Position numbers and translations under genes: made by a program | Virus record (IMG/VR): IMGVR_UViG_3300035670_009674 | Coordinates: 1 to 34,575 of that record | Length of the DNA stretch: 34,575 bases | Direction: 5' to 3' (one strand) | Source of the DNA: a virus | The notes under the pieces: generated by a model | Told to the model about the DNA's origin: nothing | Seen by the model: the letters and a program-made list of their open reading frames with translations, nothing else | Databases searched by the model: none | Part shown: piece by piece, positions 22,911-32,834 of the stretch | How the letters are laid out: each line of letters starts with the position of its first letter | Position numbering within the stretch: position 1 is the first letter of the stretch

Positions 22911-22919
22911 GGAGGAACC

Positions 22920-23285
22920 ATGCTTGTTGGAATTGATGTCACTGAAACCGTTGAACATGTCTCGAAGTATGAAACTAACACTGAGAGTCCTACTGTATTC
23001 GTTTTGAGGGCTCTTACCAACAGAGACAAAATCAAACTTTTCGGGAGCTCTGTCAATTCGAAGGGCGAGTTTGACCAATCTAAGTTTCAGGACAAAGCTC
23101 TGGATATTTTGAAAGCAGGTTTGAAAGAAGTCCGTAATTTGGTGAACAAAAAGACCGGGCAGCCGGAAACCGTGTCACAGATCACGGATGAGTTTATTGA
23201 CGCTCTTCCGTTCGATGTCGTGATGGAGCTTTTTGAAAAGATCATGACGATCAATTTTTTAACGGAGAGCGAAAGAAAAAACTAA
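22920..23285 (+). CDS. Tail assembly chaperone (gpG-like)
   Basis: 121 aa, acidic, AGGAGG RBS. Ends in a slippery run. Precedes the tape measure gene. Confidence 0.75.
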   Translation: MLVGIDVTETVEHVSKYETNTESPTVFVLRALTNRDKIKLFGSSVNSKGEFDQSKFQDKALDILKAGLKEVRNLVNKKTGQPETVSQITDEFIDALPFDVVMELFEKIMTINFLTESERKN

Positions 23286-23593
23286 CCCTGGCGGTTTGGT
23301 CGTATTTAAGCGAACTGGACTGCCGGACCTGCAACAAACAGCTCCAAAAGATCCGCAGGTGTGTAGAAGGGGCTGAATATGAGCTTGAAGGTCAAAAACT
23401 TAATCGGTGTCCTTGGCGATATGTCAACGGCGCAACGATGGAAATGGTCGAAATGTATCTAGCCATGAAGCGTGGATTCTTACCGAATGCCGGCGCATGG
23501 CTGGATCAGCCGATTAAGTTTTCAGAGGCAATGACATTCGTTGAAGGTTATGTAGAAAAACTGAGAAAGGAAAAAGAGAATGCCGAGCGATAA
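22920..23593 (+). CDS. Tail assembly chaperone frameshift product (gpGT-like)
   Basis: The -1 frame downstream encodes ..LTLAVWSYLSELDCRTCNKQ..RCPWRYVNGATMEMVEMYLAMKRGFLPNAGAWLDQPIKFSEAM.. There is no ATG-initiated ORF of 60 aa or more in this frame, and it ends 14 nt into the tape measure gene. Confidence 0.65.
23276..23282 (+). promoter_or_regulatory. Candidate -1 programmed frameshift heptamer A_AAA_AAC (alternative T_TTT_TTA at 23255-23261)
   Basis: In the zero frame aga-aaa-aac-taa. The -1 frame is open from 23237 to the TAA at 23591-23593. Confidence 0.65.
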
Positions 23594-25472
23594 AGAAATG
23601 AACATAGTTCTCCGGCTCAAGGACGAACTGTCCAAGGGACTGTCTAAAGCTGGTAAAGATGTTGGTGACTTTGCTCAGTCTGTTGACCGCGCGGGGAAAC
23701 AGATGTCTCAGCTTGGTTCTAAGATGGCTTTTATCGGCACGGCTACCGTTGCCCCTTTCGTGGCTTCGATGAAAGCAATGGAGAAATATTCTTTCGCTGT
23801 CGCAAGAGAGAATGAAAGAACTGCTAATACATTTCTCCAATTGTCAAAAACAATTTCTGAGGCTGCTCTTCCTACGATTAGAACCTTTAACGATATGATG
23901 GCCCGCGGTGTGAATCTTTTAAATTCCATCAATCCTCAATTGAGACAGCAGGTCGCTAGCTGGACCCTATGGAGCGGCGCGATTCTTTTGGTTGGCGGAT
24001 CGCTATTGATATTCCTCGGGAAGCTAGTTCAGGCTGTGAATATTTTAAGAATAGTTCCCCTTTTGCTTAATCCAATCTCTTTGACTGTTATGGCGATTAT
24101 TGCTGTTGTTGGCCTTTTAATATTTGCTTGGGTTAAATTTAGAGACCAAATAATTGCTATTTTGAACGAGGTAGAAAAAAGATTTCTTCAATTTTCTAAA
24201 ACGATTCTTGAAGGGATTCAACAGATCGTTGACTCTATTGTAAAAATAGCTGACAAAATTCCAAATTGGACGACTGGCCTTCCTATCGCGCGGGATATGA
24301 AAGCTCTTGGAGAGTCTCTCAAAGGAGCTTCGGGAGAAATTAAAAAATCAACAGACTCAATCCAGCAAAGTATTAATAAGCTTAATTCTGGAAGCAATGG
24401 TGCGTTGGCGACTGGTGTTCAAAATATCGGAAACGGAATCTCGTCTGTCTTTGATAAAGTAAAATCAAAAATTCAAAGCACGGCCGGTGAATTACAACCC
24501 GTCATCAAAGACCTCGAAACCCGCCTTTACGAAACCTCGCAGAAATTCACAGACGGATTCGCTGACGCTTTCGATAAGGTGCTTTTCGAAGGCCAGAACT
24601 TCAAAGAATCGATGAAGTCTCTTTTCTCGCAAATGGGCCGGGACATCATCAAGGACTTCATGAAAACTTCGATGAGAAACCTCATAAATTCGGCCTTTGG
24701 GCGCCAAATGGAAGGCGGAGAGGGTCTAGGCGGCTTCTTGTCGTTTAAGACGATCGGGAGCCTTCTGGGAGGCTCTAAAACCGGCAAAGAAGGCGAGAAA
24801 GAGGCCACAGAGCCGTTTTCTATCCTAACCAATGCCGCGAAGAATGTCGGAAGCGCGTTCAACTCGATCAAGGACAAAATGTCCGGCTTCGGGAACATCC
24901 TCGGCCAGACCAAGGGCGTTTTTGACGGTGTTTTTGGGGCCCTGAAGGGCTTTGGCTCGAACATCATGAGCTTCGGAGGGCAGCTGCTCGGGGGAATCGG
25001 AGGGCTTCTAGGGGGCTTTGGAAGCGCATTAAGCGGCATTATGGGCGGTCTTGGGGGCATTCTAGGCGGTATCGGAGGCGGAATCGGCGGTATTTGGGGC
25101 GGAATAGCCAGTTTATTCAGCTTTTTCGGCCACACAGGAGGGCTTGTAACGACCGCCGGGATCATGCGGTACCACTCCGGAGGGCTTGCCGGGCTTAAGC
25201 CGGACGAGGTACCGGCCATTCTCCAAAGCGGGGAAGGTATCGTCAATCGCTCGGGTATGGGGAAGATCGGCCGAGACGGGTTAAGAGATCTGAATACCGG
25301 CCGGATCCCCGGTGGCGCTCAGACTCAAGAGGTCCACAATCACTACAACACGATCGTCGTTCAGGCATGGGACACGACTGACATCAAGCGCAACGAGAAA
25401 AAACTTGTCGGAATTGTCGAGGGCGCTTATGCCAAAAACGGCTCGATTCGTAAAACAATGAAGAGTTACTAG
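23580..25472 (+). CDS. Tape measure protein
   Basis: 630 aa. Helical N-terminus, hydrophobic segments, and the Gly-rich tract GGIGGLLGGFGSALSGIMGGLGGILGGIGGGIGGIWGG. Follows G/GT. Confidence 0.85.
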   Translation: MPSDKEMNIVLRLKDELSKGLSKAGKDVGDFAQSVDRAGKQMSQLGSKMAFIGTATVAPFVASMKAMEKYSFAVARENERTANTFLQLSKTISEAALPTIRTFNDMMARGVNLLNSINPQLRQQVASWTLWSGAILLVGGSLLIFLGKLVQAVNILRIVPLLLNPISLTVMAIIAVVGLLIFAWVKFRDQIIAILNEVEKRFLQFSKTILEGIQQIVDSIVKIADKIPNWTTGLPIARDMKALGESLKGASGEIKKSTDSIQQSINKLNSGSNGALATGVQNIGNGISSVFDKVKSKIQSTAGELQPVIKDLETRLYETSQKFTDGFADAFDKVLFEGQNFKESMKSLFSQMGRDIIKDFMKTSMRNLINSAFGRQMEGGEGLGGFLSFKTIGSLLGGSKTGKEGEKEATEPFSILTNAAKNVGSAFNSIKDKMSGFGNILGQTKGVFDGVFGALKGFGSNIMSFGGQLLGGIGGLLGGFGSALSGIMGGLGGILGGIGGGIGGIWGGIASLFSFFGHTGGLVTTAGIMRYHSGGLAGLKPDEVPAILQSGEGIVNRSGMGKIGRDGLRDLNTGRIPGGAQTQEVHNHYNTIVVQAWDTTDIKRNEKKLVGIVEGAYAKNGSIRKTMKSY

Positions 25473-25474
25473 CC

Positions 25475-25816
25475 ATGGCCGCAGATTTTACATACCTACC
25501 AGATTCAGTCCTCGACGAAGAGCCGGAATTTAACACGCTCATCACGAAGTTTGAGAACGGCGCCGAACAGCGCCGGAGCAAGCGCTCGCTTCCGATCAGG
25601 AAGTGGAAGCTTATTTTCAGGAACAGGACTCAATCAGAATTCGAAGATATCAGGGATTTTTTCATCGATCAGCAAGGGGCATATGCGAGCTTCACATGGG
25701 AAAACCCGAACGACTCGACCGAATACACTGTCCGATTCGAAAAAGACTCTATCAAATTCCAAAGGAAAACATTTAACGCCTACGATTTTGAGCTTGGCTT
25801 CATCGAGGTGATTTAA
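25475..25816 (+). CDS. Minor tail protein, lambda gpM-like (distal tail)
   Basis: 113 aa. The C-terminal pattern ASFTWENP..YTVRFEKDSIKFQR..FNAYDFELGFIEV parallels lambda M (SFLWTPP..VTCAKW..VEFSAEFEQV). Confidence 0.65.
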   Translation: MAADFTYLPDSVLDEEPEFNTLITKFENGAEQRRSKRSLPIRKWKLIFRNRTQSEFEDIRDFFIDQQGAYASFTWENPNDSTEYTVRFEKDSIKFQRKTFNAYDFELGFIEVI

Positions 25817-26430
25817 TGCCTCGGACAGTCGACTCGACTTTTAACGCCGAGAAGAACAAGGCTGAGAATCGTCCGGTATTCCTTTACACGATCCACGATT
25901 ACGACGGATCAAGCAACAATCTCTATTTTGCCGAGTGGGACGCGGATGTTGTCTATGACGGCATTACCTACACGAAATTCCCGATCAAGCATGACACGGT
26001 GTCTGAGAATACCTCGGGTGAGGTCGATTCAGTTAAGGTCACGGTCGCTAATGTGGACCGGACGATCGAGGGATATCTCGAAGCTTACGACTTAAGAGGC
26101 AAGAAGGTCACGATCAAGCGCGTCTGGGCGGACCAGCTCGCGGACCCTACGGCCTGCATGAACGAGATCTTCTACATTGATTCTTACGGATCCACGGAAG
26201 AGGCCGCCGAATTCACACTGTCATCGAAACTAGCTGTCATGGACACCATGCTTCCGACCGGGAAGTATTTCAGAGGGTACTGCCGGTGGATATACAAATC
26301 GACCGAATGCGGATACACAGGAGAACTGCCGACATGCCTTAAGACGCTCGCTGATTGCAGAGCGCATTCGAACCAGCTGAGGATCGGTGCTTTCCCGGCC
26401 ATTCCAACGCAAAGGACTTTCATATCGTGA
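25816..26430 (+). CDS. Minor tail protein, lambda gpL-like / DUF2163-BR0599-like with C-terminal Cys cluster
   Basis: The C-terminal CRWIYKSTECGY..PTCLKTLADC...IGAFPAIP motif (4 Cys) matches the Fe-S binding tail-tip proteins of lambda and GTA-like tails. Confidence 0.65.
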   Translation: MPRTVDSTFNAEKNKAENRPVFLYTIHDYDGSSNNLYFAEWDADVVYDGITYTKFPIKHDTVSENTSGEVDSVKVTVANVDRTIEGYLEAYDLRGKKVTIKRVWADQLADPTACMNEIFYIDSYGSTEEAAEFTLSSKLAVMDTMLPTGKYFRGYCRWIYKSTECGYTGELPTCLKTLADCRAHSNQLRIGAFPAIPTQRTFIS

Positions 26431-26861
26431 TTAAGCCGGACGACCTTGTTAAAAAATATCTCGGCATTCCTTATAAGCTCAGGGGCCGCAATCCAGAGGA
26501 AGGCTTCGATTGCTGGGGCCTCGTGCTTTGGCTGTTCAAGAATGAATTTGGGATAAAGCTTTTTGACCTTGAAAATCTCGAATATGAAAAAGACTGGTAT
26601 CGAGAGGGGAATTATTTTCTTGAGAATGTTTGGCGCGATTGGGAGAAGTTAGAGAAGCCGGAGCTGTATTGCGGTGTCATGTTCAACAGTCTTTTCGGTT
26701 TCACGAATCACGGCGGGATCATGCTGGATTCGAATCGGTTTCTCCATTGCGCTTTGCAGGGCGTCGTAGTCTCGCGCATATCCGACCGTCAGCACCAAGA
26801 GGCGTTTAACGGTTTTTACCGCAATATCAAACTCGCCGAGAAATTAAATGATAACCGTTAA
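26427..26861 (+). CDS. NlpC/P60 (C40) peptidase-domain tail tip protein, gpK-like
   Basis: GFDCWGLVLWLF catalytic Cys motif, with a downstream His (TNHGGIM). GTG 26427 forms a GTGA overlap. Confidence 0.75.
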   Translation: MIKPDDLVKKYLGIPYKLRGRNPEEGFDCWGLVLWLFKNEFGIKLFDLENLEYEKDWYREGNYFLENVWRDWEKLEKPELYCGVMFNSLFGFTNHGGIMLDSNRFLHCALQGVVVSRISDRQHQEAFNGFYRNIKLAEKLNDNR

Positions 26862-29800
26862 GCGGATCCCGAATATCCTGAACAAAGACGGCCGCGAGGA
26901 AAAGATTTTTGACTGTTTGCCTGGGAAAACGATCGAGCAGTATTTGGCAGATTCCGGCTTTCACTATAAAGATCAAAAGATCGTTCTTTCAGGCAAACGC
27001 ATTACCGATCTTTCGATGGTCCCGGAAAGCCAAGAAGAAGAGCTTCTGGTCCTGCCGGACAACAAGATCGAGATCATCATCTTCGCCGCTGTTGCGTCTT
27101 GGATGGCTACGGCGCTTGTTATTGCCGCTGTTGTCACGGCTATTGCCACGGTCGCTTTCGCCATTTGGCAGATGTGCCAAAAACCCAAAAAGCCGTCCTA
27201 TGGCGCTATGGGCGGGGCCGGATCCAGCTCGATGGACGAATCAAGCCCGACCTATTCCTGGAACCCTATGCAGGCGACCATGGATGTCGGAACGCCTATT
27301 CCGGTTGTTTACGGCACGCACAGGGTAGCGCCGAATATGATCTGCTCATATCTTTCGGAAACGGATGCGGACGGAGAGGGTAGCGGGAAGCAATATTTGA
27401 ACAATCTTTATTGCTTCGGCGAGGGCGAGATCGATTCTTTTTCCGATTATGAGATCAACGAGAATCCATCAACAAATTATGACGGCGTTGATATCGAAAC
27501 GCGCCTCGGGACGAACGATCAGACGGTTATCCCGAATTTCAATGACGCTCCAACACTTTACGATGTCGGGGCCACGCTGATTAAAGAAGATCCTTACACC
27601 TACACGACGATCAAGGATGATGTCGAAGCGTTTGAAGTGCATATCGAGTTTCCGCTAGGATTTTATGAGGCGACCTCTGGCGGGGGCACGCAGTCGATAA
27701 GCTGTCAATTTAAGATAGAGCACAAACTTCACTCATCAGGGACTTGGATCGTGGACGGAACGCCGACCTATAACGGCAACACCAGAAGCACGGCGCGCAG
27801 GATATTCAGAAAAGAGGGATTGAGTGCCGGGCAATATGATATCCGCGTGACACGCCTCACGAATGACGGAACTTCGACTTTGATTAACGATTCCAAGCTC
27901 GAGCGCATTTCAGAGATCAATACCGATGATTTCTGCTATCCGAATTGCGCTCTTGTTGGGCTTAAATTCCTTGCCACGGACCAGCTTTCAGGCGCCACGC
28001 CGAATTTCACGGCTATTGTAAAAGGAAAAAAGATCATGTGCCCGCAGGTGATGAATGGCGCGACTGCTGTCGATTGGGAAGATTATTACTGGGACGATGA
28101 CGACGAATGCTACCGGCTCATCTCGGATGATACCGAGCTGACTTGGGACGGAGAGACCTATCACACGGCTTATTGCGCGAATCCGGTATGGTGCGTCTAT
28201 GACCTTTTAGTGTCTACGCGCTACGGCCTTGGACGCTACATTGAGGCCGAGAATATCGCTCTGGCCGAGTTTGTCGAGGAATCGAAGTATTGCGAGGAAT
28301 TGGTGCCGGACGGAGACGGCGGTTACGAGAAGCGCTTTGAGCTGAATATCGTTATGGATTCCCAGACCAGCTCGCTTGACTGTCTGATCCAGATATGCGC
28401 CACTTTCAGGGCTTGGGCGTTCTATTCAAACGGCACGATCATCTTGAAGATAGACAAGCCGGAATCACCGTCTCAGATGTTTAATTCGGGGAATATCGCC
28501 GAGAAGACCTTTCAAATGCACTGGAAGTCTCTTAAAGAGGTCCCGAATTTCATCGAGGTTGAATATAACGACGCGAACAAAAACTACCAGCGCGAGAAGA
28601 TAGCGTCTATTGACGAGGCGTCTTTGACGGCTGGGAATCCTCCGAGGAAGAAAGATGTCCGACTTTTCGTGACCAAGCTATCCCGCGCTGTGCGGGAAGG
28701 CCGTTACGCCCGCCTGATCGCGAAATATATCCACCGAACCGTGACATTCAAGGCCGGTATTGACGCAATTGCTTGCATGGCAGGGGATGTTATAACGATC
28801 AATCACTCACTTCCTCAGTGGGGTGTGGCTTCCGGCCGTGTGGCCGCCGGATCCACGCCTACAACGGTCAAGCTAACGGAGCCGGTTACTCTGGCCGAAG
28901 GGAGCACTTACAAGATTAGGATCCGGCTGACAGGCGATAGCGTCGAGGAAAAGACGATCACGAATGAGGCAGGAACAACCGACACGATCACGATATCTGG
29001 GACTTTTTCATCGGCCCCGCAACAGTTCGATATTTATGACATCGGAACATCGTCGAATATCAAAAAGGATTTCCGCGTCGTCGAGCTGAAAAAAGAGGGG
29101 ACGAATGAAGTTGAGATCACGGCCGTTGAGTACAATTCGCTTTGTTACGATGACTCGGATATTGATCTGCCGGACTTCCTCGATCTGGATCCGGCAACAG
29201 GAATCCCGCTTGTCACGAATCTAACGCTTACCGAGCGCACATTGCTTCTGCCGGACGGAAGCCTGGACCAGGCGATCGAGGTCTGGTTCAACCGGCCGAA
29301 TCAGGCAAATTATTCTTTCAAGAAATACCAAAAGGCAAAAATCTACCTATCCGATGACGCCGGGACCAGCTGGACGCTGATCGGCGAGACCGAGGGCGAG
29401 TATTTCGAGATCCAGGGCGGGCTTGTTGTCGGAACGACCTACACGGTGGCCGTGGTTTCGGTGTCCTACGCCGGAGATGAGACGGCTGTTTCGGCTTCGC
29501 CGGATGAAGACATCACCTTGGCCGGTAAGGTCCTTCCGCCCGCTGATGTAACTAATTTCTCGGCTTCTTTTGGCGTGGATCATGTCAGGTTCGCGTGGAC
29601 GCGCGTCACAGACGGTGATCTGGCCGGATATGAGATCAGAGAGGGCGATTCATGGTCAATGGGGACCGTTATCGCGGCCGGGATCACGACAACGGCCTAC
29701 GATCTTTTCCTTATAACGGCCGGGACACACCGATACATGATTAAGGCGGTCGATACTTCGGGGAATTACTCGGTCAATGAGGCTATTTCATCGGTCACGA

Positions 29801-30495
29801 TCTCAGGTGTACCGGCCCAGAATGTTATCTTGAGACTGGAAGATCAATTTGCCGGTGCCGTCTCTGGTGATATCGAGATCGGATACACGAAGGACTATAA
29901 CACCGGATACTACCGCAAGGCGCTTATTCTAAAAACGGCTAACACTTGGCCGATCACGAGCTGGCCGGTCCAGTTCGGACAGCCGTTTTCCTCGAATTCT
30001 GGGGCTTATTACACTTCGCCTGTCGTTGACCTAGGGCGGATATTCAGCGCCATTCTGACGCTTGATCTCGGGACTTTTAATGTGAGCGGAGGGATTCTTT
30101 CGGTCCAGATCGCTTATTCCGAGACGGATTCGGACCCGACCGATTATGTCGATTTTGCCCCAGGGCAGTATTCTTGCCGTTACATACGATTCAAAATCAT
30201 CATGTCAACCGCTGATATCGCGCAGGCGCTCAGGGTTTATAAGATCAAGCTCAATGTCGATGTGCCGGATATCACCCAGCGCGGGACCAATGTCGCTATT
30301 GATTCGGCTGGCACCACGATAACGCTTGAGGGATTTTACCAGATAACCTCGATCGGCGTTAGTGTCGTAGGCACTACTCCGCTTGTGCCTCATATCACAG
30401 CGCAAAGTTCGAGTTCATTTACCGTGAAACTTTATAACCCAGCAACAGCCGCTTATGTGAGCGGATACATCAACTACGATGTGGCGGGGTATTAA
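26848..30495 (+). CDS. Host specificity / central tail fibre protein, gpJ-like, with gpI-like N-terminal extension and FN3 domains
   Basis: 1215 aa. N-terminal ~110 aa with a long hydrophobic segment. J-like core. FN3-like repeat (VTNFSASFGVDHVRFAWTRVTDGDLAGYEIREG). Confidence 0.85.
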   Translation: MITVKRIPNILNKDGREEKIFDCLPGKTIEQYLADSGFHYKDQKIVLSGKRITDLSMVPESQEEELLVLPDNKIEIIIFAAVASWMATALVIAAVVTAIATVAFAIWQMCQKPKKPSYGAMGGAGSSSMDESSPTYSWNPMQATMDVGTPIPVVYGTHRVAPNMICSYLSETDADGEGSGKQYLNNLYCFGEGEIDSFSDYEINENPSTNYDGVDIETRLGTNDQTVIPNFNDAPTLYDVGATLIKEDPYTYTTIKDDVEAFEVHIEFPLGFYEATSGGGTQSISCQFKIEHKLHSSGTWIVDGTPTYNGNTRSTARRIFRKEGLSAGQYDIRVTRLTNDGTSTLINDSKLERISEINTDDFCYPNCALVGLKFLATDQLSGATPNFTAIVKGKKIMCPQVMNGATAVDWEDYYWDDDDECYRLISDDTELTWDGETYHTAYCANPVWCVYDLLVSTRYGLGRYIEAENIALAEFVEESKYCEELVPDGDGGYEKRFELNIVMDSQTSSLDCLIQICATFRAWAFYSNGTIILKIDKPESPSQMFNSGNIAEKTFQMHWKSLKEVPNFIEVEYNDANKNYQREKIASIDEASLTAGNPPRKKDVRLFVTKLSRAVREGRYARLIAKYIHRTVTFKAGIDAIACMAGDVITINHSLPQWGVASGRVAAGSTPTTVKLTEPVTLAEGSTYKIRIRLTGDSVEEKTITNEAGTTDTITISGTFSSAPQQFDIYDIGTSSNIKKDFRVVELKKEGTNEVEITAVEYNSLCYDDSDIDLPDFLDLDPATGIPLVTNLTLTERTLLLPDGSLDQAIEVWFNRPNQANYSFKKYQKAKIYLSDDAGTSWTLIGETEGEYFEIQGGLVVGTTYTVAVVSVSYAGDETAVSASPDEDITLAGKVLPPADVTNFSASFGVDHVRFAWTRVTDGDLAGYEIREGDSWSMGTVIAAGITTTAYDLFLITAGTHRYMIKAVDTSGNYSVNEAISSVTISGVPAQNVILRLEDQFAGAVSGDIEIGYTKDYNTGYYRKALILKTANTWPITSWPVQFGQPFSSNSGAYYTSPVVDLGRIFSAILTLDLGTFNVSGGILSVQIAYSETDSDPTDYVDFAPGQYSCRYIRFKIIMSTADIAQALRVYKIKLNVDVPDITQRGTNVAIDSAGTTITLEGFYQITSIGVSVVGTTPLVPHITAQSSSSFTVKLYNPATAAYVSGYINYDVAGY

Positions 30496-30518
30496 ACAGC
30501 TACAAGGAGGCGATTAAA

Positions 30519-32453
30519 ATGGCAAAGGCAACTTTTCCCGAGACAACAGGGTATGAATCTTCCCAGCCAGCGGACGCTGGTTCTTTAACCGAAGCGAATT
30601 TCAGAAATTTTCTGTCAGCTCTTTTCCAGGGCGATTTCGCACCATTGCGTCCGAGAGCGCAAAGCACGCCTGATATGACAATTCATGTCAATCCGGCTTA
30701 TTTAAACAGCTTCACAGCTCAGGTGTGGGGAACAGGGAATAGTCCTTTCACCTACGCGGGCGGGAACACTTCATCCTTTACAGCGCCGAGCGCGAATCCC
30801 CGCATTGACATCGTTTATCTGACTTCTGCCGGAGCTTTGGCTGTTGTCACGGGAGCCGAGGCCGCTTCTCCGGTCCCGCTTTGGGCTTCGGTCCCGAAAG
30901 ACGGGATCCCGATCTGTTTGATCTACCATAAGACGACCGAGACGACGATCGTCAATTACGAGGATAAGGATTCGAATTCCACGCAAGGGTACATTTACCA
31001 GGATATTCGGCCTTTCCTGAATCTCGGCGGTGGAGCGTCTCTTTCGGATATGTACACGGCTCAGGACAATATCGCGCTTCTCGCTTTTCGCCTCGCAATT
31101 CAAAGCTCTTTGAGCGTTCAGAAATTTGAGGACTTGATCGTTGACGAATACGAGGACGAAACAGGGGTTGATACCGGAAATTCAGACGCCACTTACGACA
31201 GCACGAATGATCTTTATACGCCTCCGAGCGGAGACCAGACGGGAAGCGGTTCGGCTCTTTCCGGTGGGGATGGTAGCGGTACCGGCGACAGTATGACGAC
31301 TGAACAGGATATGGCAGAATTCTTTTCAAATACAGGATCGACCGATTACGGTGTTGGGCAGACTTTTACGCCCGCATCGTCTTATGCTATTTCGGGTTTC
31401 AAGTTCAAAGTTAGCGAGAACGGATCTCCTGACATGGTAGTAAAGGGCAGACTTTATGCAACAAGCGGAGGATTGCCCACAGGAAGTCCGCTGGCTGAAA
31501 CAGCGAACATAAACGCCGAAGATTTTTCAGACTATTCGACATACGCTTATTACACATTCACATTTACGACGCCGTATACACTTTTAGCCAGCACGATGTA
31601 TGCGATTGTTATCGAGAGGATCAGCGGGACTCCGAGCGGGTCGAATAACTGCTTTATAAAAAGAAGCTCCGGCTCTGAATTGGCGAATGGGAGATTTATC
31701 GGCCAGAACTCCTCGTCTGTTTGGGCTAATTTTGCGACTGATTGTGACCTTGTGTTTGAAGCGCTGGTCAGCTTAGACAAAGAAAACGCATTTGACGATG
31801 ACACGGACACATATTGGGCCAGCTCTCAAACCAGCGGAAGTGTAAGCGGGGCGGCTTATATTGGCTACGACTTCGGAAGCGGTGTAACAAAGGCGTTGAC
31901 AGGTTTCACGATAAAACAGCATGCCGCTGACCAAGCGATAAACTCCGTCAAAGTTCAGCGGTCAGACAACGGGTCGGATTGGACGGATGTCGAAACGGTA
32001 TCAATCACAGCGGACACTTCGCTACAAACAAAAACTTTCACGAATACGACAGCCGCACGATATTGGCGATTGATTGCGAACGCAGAGACCACCAGTGGGG
32101 CTTGGCAGATTGAAGAAGTCGGTCTCACCATGTCATCGAATATGGACCTTCGTTCGGCCGCGTTCACAGCTGAGGCCGCACCAACAGAGGGCCGGATCGT
32201 AATTTTCGAAGAAGATGTGGACAGCGTAACGATCAACACTGACCTATTGGCCTATATTTCAAGAGACGGCGGGACGACCTATACGCAGGTCACGCTCGTT
32301 GATGAAGGGGATTACGAAACCGGAAAGCGCATATTGGCCGGATCGGTTTCGATCTCAAGCCAGCCAAGCGGGACCAGCATGAAATACAAGCTTGTCTCGG
32401 CGAATCTTAAGAACTTAAAAATCCACGGCACAGGGCTTTTCTGGAAATCATGA
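30519..32453 (+). CDS. Tail fibre / receptor-binding protein with F5/8 type C (discoidin)-like domain
   Basis: 644 aa with AGGAGG RBS. AFDDDTDTYWASSQ..YIGYDFG..FTIKQ..VKVQRSDNGSDWTDV..ARYWRLIA is the discoidin/galactose-binding-like pattern. Confidence 0.75.
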   Translation: MAKATFPETTGYESSQPADAGSLTEANFRNFLSALFQGDFAPLRPRAQSTPDMTIHVNPAYLNSFTAQVWGTGNSPFTYAGGNTSSFTAPSANPRIDIVYLTSAGALAVVTGAEAASPVPLWASVPKDGIPICLIYHKTTETTIVNYEDKDSNSTQGYIYQDIRPFLNLGGGASLSDMYTAQDNIALLAFRLAIQSSLSVQKFEDLIVDEYEDETGVDTGNSDATYDSTNDLYTPPSGDQTGSGSALSGGDGSGTGDSMTTEQDMAEFFSNTGSTDYGVGQTFTPASSYAISGFKFKVSENGSPDMVVKGRLYATSGGLPTGSPLAETANINAEDFSDYSTYAYYTFTFTTPYTLLASTMYAIVIERISGTPSGSNNCFIKRSSGSELANGRFIGQNSSSVWANFATDCDLVFEALVSLDKENAFDDDTDTYWASSQTSGSVSGAAYIGYDFGSGVTKALTGFTIKQHAADQAINSVKVQRSDNGSDWTDVETVSITADTSLQTKTFTNTTAARYWRLIANAETTSGAWQIEEVGLTMSSNMDLRSAAFTAEAAPTEGRIVIFEEDVDSVTINTDLLAYISRDGGTTYTQVTLVDEGDYETGKRILAGSVSISSQPSGTSMKYKLVSANLKNLKIHGTGLFWKS

Positions 32454-32617
32454 TTACACCGGAAAACTTCAACTCGGAGCAGAGAGAATATCTCGCTTGG
32501 AAGAATCAGGCGAGACGGGACGCAAGGGATAAACTCAATCTCTCCGAGAGGGAAGCTTATGAGGTTGACGCTTATTTTAATTATCGAATGGCCGCGAGCC
32601 ACCACGAAAGGGAGTGA
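32450..32617 (+). CDS. Small hypothetical protein (55 aa), below the ORF-track cutoff
   Basis: ATGA overlap with the fibre gene stop. Translation MITPENFNSEQREYLAWKNQARRDARDKLNLSEREAYEVDAYFNYRMAASHHERE. Confidence 0.4.
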   Translation: MITPENFNSEQREYLAWKNQARRDARDKLNLSEREAYEVDAYFNYRMAASHHERE

Positions 32618-32620
32618 TTT

Positions 32621-32830
32621 ATGCCAGTTAAAACATTGCCAGCGAACGAAAAACAAAAACTGAAAGAGAAGTATCAGAAGCAGGAGGCCGAGAAGATCGT
32701 TGAAGCAAATCGAAAGCTTCTTAAGACGCGTTTCAAAAATAAATTAGCTACAGCATCGTCGGCGGCCGATGTTTTGAAGCTTGTCAAAATTTTGAGCCGT
32801 CATGTTTTCGGAGAGGAGGACGGTGAATAA
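32621..32830 (+). CDS. Hypothetical Lys-rich helical protein (69 aa)
   Basis: ORF in the co-directional string. No family recognised. Confidence 0.5.
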   Translation: MPVKTLPANEKQKLKEKYQKQEAEKIVEANRKLLKTRFKNKLATASSAADVLKLVKILSRHVFGEEDGE

Positions 32831-32834
32831 CATC

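Noticed and set aside
24527-25246. 239-aa minus-strand Pro-rich ORF
   Set aside because: It is the antisense image of the Gly-rich (GGN codon) tract of the tape measure gene. Reverse-complemented GGN codons give NCC codons (Pro/Ala/Ser/Thr), hence the Pro-rich translation. It has no independent signals.
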